A stretch of DNA of 64,000 bases from an uncultured Thermoleophilia bacterium. GTDB lineage: Bacteria; Actinomycetota; Thermoleophilia; UBA2241. The notes below the pieces were generated by a model that was not told the DNA's origin, did not search any database, and was given only the letters and a program-made list of their open reading frames with translations. The translations under genes were made by a program, and so were the position numbers. Positions 62,802 through 64,000 of the stretch are shown here, in pieces. The stretch is from contig CAVXXF010000004.1 of the NCBI GenBank assembly GCA_963765635.1, positions 1,348,932 through 1,412,931 on the forward strand. Direction: 5' to 3'. Position 1 is the stretch's first letter, and each line of letters begins with the position of its first letter.

Positions 62802-63266
62802 TCAGGCCTCGTCGCGGCCGGCGGCCTCGTCGGCCGCGACCTCGTCGGCCGCGACCTCGGCGGCCGCGGGCTCGTCGGCCGGAGGTTCGGCCGTCGGCGT
62901 GATCGGGTCCGGCGGCGGAGCGTCTGCAGGCGCCTCGGCCGGCACCGTGTCGCTGGCGGCTGACGCCACGGGGACCGGCTTGTCGACCGGCGGCGCTCCG
63001 GCGGTCGCGGTGGCGGCCTTGAGATCGACGCTCATCGCCGACTTGATGTCGCCGAGGCCCGTATCGACGCTTACCGACGACTTGAGGTCGTTGATGCCTT
63101 TCGTGACCTCGTCGAGGCCGAGCTCCGTGCGCGCCGTCTGGGCCGCCTTGCGGAACTCGCGCATCGCCTGCCCCAGGCTGCGGCCCGCCTGCGGCAGCCG
63201 CTTGGGGCCGAAGACCAGCAGGGCGAGGACGAGCACGACGACGATCTCCATGGGGCCGATGTTCAA
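62802..63266 (-). CDS. Twin-arginine translocase TatA/TatB-family protein (TatB-like length)
   Basis: N-terminal TM plus hinge VLVLALLVFGPKRLP plus amphipathic helix; long acidic/Pro-Ala C-tail (154 aa). Confidence 0.8.
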   Translation of the reverse strand: MNIGPMEIVVVLVLALLVFGPKRLPQAGRSLGQAMREFRKAAQTARTELGLDEVTKGINDLKSSVSVDTGLGDIKSAMSVDLKAATATAGAPPVDKPVPVASAASDTVPAEAPADAPPPDPITPTAEPPADEPAAAEVAADEVAADEAAGRDEA

Positions 63267-63540
63267 GGAGGGGATCCCTTGCGCCGGGGGTATCTAACCC
63301 CCTCATCTTAGGGGGGCCCGCGACGCCGGTCAACGCGAGCCCAGCCGCGTGCCGTTGTCGCGCCCGGGTACCGGGCGTGCCGGCGGGCTTCACGGTGAAA
63401 TGCCTGCAATCATTCGATGAGCGAGGCATACCCCTGGAGGTTCCCCTTCAAGTTGCGTCGCGCGCGCGGCGTTTGGTATATTCCGCCCCGACGACTCGCC
63501 CCGGTCTCCCTTGCCCGGCGTGCGGGTCTCCGCCTTTCAT

Positions 63541-63909
63541 ATGACGAGCACATACCTCACCGACTGGATCTATGTCTGGCTCTTCATCGCCGCCGGCGGT
63601 GCGCTCGTCGTGCTCATCCTGCTCTTCTCCAAGCTCATCAACCCGAGCCATCTCACGCCCGAGAAGCTGGCGCCGTACGAGTGCGGTATCCCGCCGGTGG
63701 GCAACCCCTGGGCGCCCTTCGCGGTGCGGTACTACGTCTTCGGGTTGCTGTTCCTGGTCTTCGACGTGGAGGCCGTGTTTCTGTTCCCCTGGGCGCTCGT
63801 CTTCCGCACCCTGGGCACGGCCGGGTTTGTCGAGATGCTCCTCTTCATCGCCGTCCTGGGCTTCGGCCTGCTGTACGCCTGGCGCAAGGGCGCCCTGGAG
63901 TGGGCCTGA
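63541..63909 (+). CDS. nuoA: NADH-quinone oxidoreductase subunit A
   Basis: Three TM; YECGIPP...RYYVFGLLFLVFDVEAVFLFPWA NuoA signature; ATG 63541 (first 10 codons of the track ORF unlikely). Confidence 0.85.
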   Translation: MTSTYLTDWIYVWLFIAAGGALVVLILLFSKLINPSHLTPEKLAPYECGIPPVGNPWAPFAVRYYVFGLLFLVFDVEAVFLFPWALVFRTLGTAGFVEMLLFIAVLGFGLLYAWRKGALEWA

Positions 63910-64000
63910 TGCGCTACCCCAAGCTGGAGCACTTCGAGGAACCCAACGTCATCACCACGACCGCCGACTTCATCTTCAGCTGGGCGCGCTCGCACTCCGT
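63909..64000 (+). CDS. nuoB: NADH-quinone oxidoreductase subunit B, N-terminal fragment (runs off the window)
   Basis: TGATG overlap with nuoA; MRYPKLEHFEEPNVITTTADFIFSWARSHS matches NuoB N-terminus. Confidence 0.7.
   Translation, partial: MRYPKLEHFEEPNVITTTADFIFSWARSHS

Overview
This 64 kb window is very GC-rich (third codon positions almost always G/C) and gene-dense. It looks like chromosomal DNA of a high-GC Gram-positive-type bacterium, probably Actinomycetota-like. I saw no rRNA, tRNA, CRISPR array, transposase, integrase or phage genes. About 65 protein-coding genes are supported by motif-level reading of the supplied six-frame translations. Many long antisense ORFs in the track are GC-frame artefacts and were rejected.

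Layout, start to end:
- 1-8.6 kb: a stress and unknown-function island with an MFS transporter fragment, pirin, EEP nuclease/phosphatase, SRPBCC, DUF1269, YfcE phosphoesterase, MBL hydrolase, YjbQ, HdeD, YqhA, a NOX-like ferric reductase and PsiE.
- 8.6-14.8 kb: a 2TM K+ channel, a membrane-anchored SGNH hydrolase, a MoxR AAA+ ATPase with its VWA partner, and an aminotransferase.
- 14.9-20.1 kb: two tandem paralogous MBOAT O-acyltransferase plus SGNH hydrolase cassettes.
- 20.1-24.5 kb: EamA transporter, ArfB ribosome rescue factor, TauE/DUF1634 pair, and MarR plus an FAD oxidoreductase.
- 24.6-28.6 kb: a signalling operon of sensor histidine kinase, stand-alone receiver, a 61-aa Cys-rich ORF and a GAF-GGDEF cyclase.
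- 28.7-33 kb: a degenerate CobB/CbiA-like pseudoenzyme, a large polytopic membrane protein and an NAPRTase-family protein.
- 33.8-39.5 kb: Rrf2 regulator, GalE, secreted M6 (InhA-like) metalloprotease, FmdB zinc ribbon, and a TlpA/CcdA thiol-disulfide pair.
- 39.5-42.6 kb: a 954-aa FAD-oxidase/Fe-S fusion and a small membrane ORF.
- 42.8-48.1 kb: a NarL-type regulator and a 1394-aa single polypeptide fusing a 2Fe-2S domain, a GltD-like NAD(P)H flavoprotein module and a Cys-type formate-dehydrogenase-like molybdopterin subunit.
- 48.1-50.6 kb: rhomboid protease, PHP histidinol-phosphatase and a DAG-kinase-like lipid kinase.
- 50.6-52.9 kb: a minus-strand operon of degenerate GGDEF membrane protein, two small roadblock-type proteins and a UDG-like protein.
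- 53.1-59.7 kb: an arylpyruvate/arylacetate cluster of iorA, iorB, ACT, paaK, tungsten-type aldehyde:ferredoxin oxidoreductase and class II aldolase. TATAAT boxes sit immediately upstream of two GTG starts, suggesting leaderless mRNAs.
- 59.7-64 kb: class A PBP, tatC, tatA/B and the start of the nuo operon (nuoA, partial nuoB).

Nothing here is clearly a described defence or mobile system. The most unusual items are listed first in the findings.
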